The notes below the pieces were generated by a model. The model was not told the DNA's origin and did no database searches. It saw nothing but the letters and a program-made list of their open reading frames with translations. Source: a virus (taxonomy: Duplodnaviria > Caudoviricetes). Taken from it: a stretch of DNA of 35,643 nt. Location of the stretch: IMG/VR virus record IMGVR_UViG_3300032320_002072, positions 1 through 35,643 of that record. The stretch is one strand, 5' to 3'. Position 1 is the stretch's first letter. Every line of letters begins with the position of its first letter. Below, one piece after another: positions 35,612-35,643 of the stretch. The translations under genes were made by a program, and so were the position numbers.

Positions 35612-35643
35612 ATGGATAAAAAAATATTAGCACAAATAATTGA
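35612..35643 (+). CDS. 5' end of the next gene (partial)
   Basis: ATG 1 nt after the polymerase stop; open to the window end (MDKKILAQII). Confidence 0.45.
   Translation, partial: MDKKILAQII

Noticed and set aside
1-35643. CRISPR array, IS element or integrase
   Set aside because: No regularly spaced direct repeats and no transposase or recombinase motifs were seen.

Overview
AT-rich segment of a large contractile-tailed dsDNA phage with T4-like replication genes, with essentially all genes on the + strand. The host is probably Bacteroidota, based on NTTG-N19/20-TAyATTTA promoters, the absence of Shine-Dalgarno sites, Gln+1 signal peptides and a D-(S/T)-rich lipoprotein. Gene order: baseplate/tail genes (1-6.5 kb); probable head-associated proteins; a replication block (PolA-like, gp32-like SSB, UvsX/RecA, 5'-3' exonuclease, DnaB-like helicase, nrdB, nrdA); a lysis cassette containing a PAS-PAS membrane protein; a dispersed 7-deazaguanine pathway (TGT/DpdA-like gene with an in-frame TGA, queC, queD, queE, folE, plus a PRTase and a MazG-like gene); an accessory region; and a family B DNA polymerase split around an 87-aa ORF. 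The most unusual signals are (i) a highly base-paired ~310-nt non-coding region, with a pseudoknot and a 6-nt periodic tract, directly after a 303-aa helical protein gene; (ii) a 148-nt tRNA-like RNA with an expanded D-loop and no canonical anticodon arm; (iii) a long-range stem that encloses a whole ORF; and (iv) the sensor-domain protein in the lysis cassette. All calls come from motif reading and manual base-pairing; no searches or folding programs were run.
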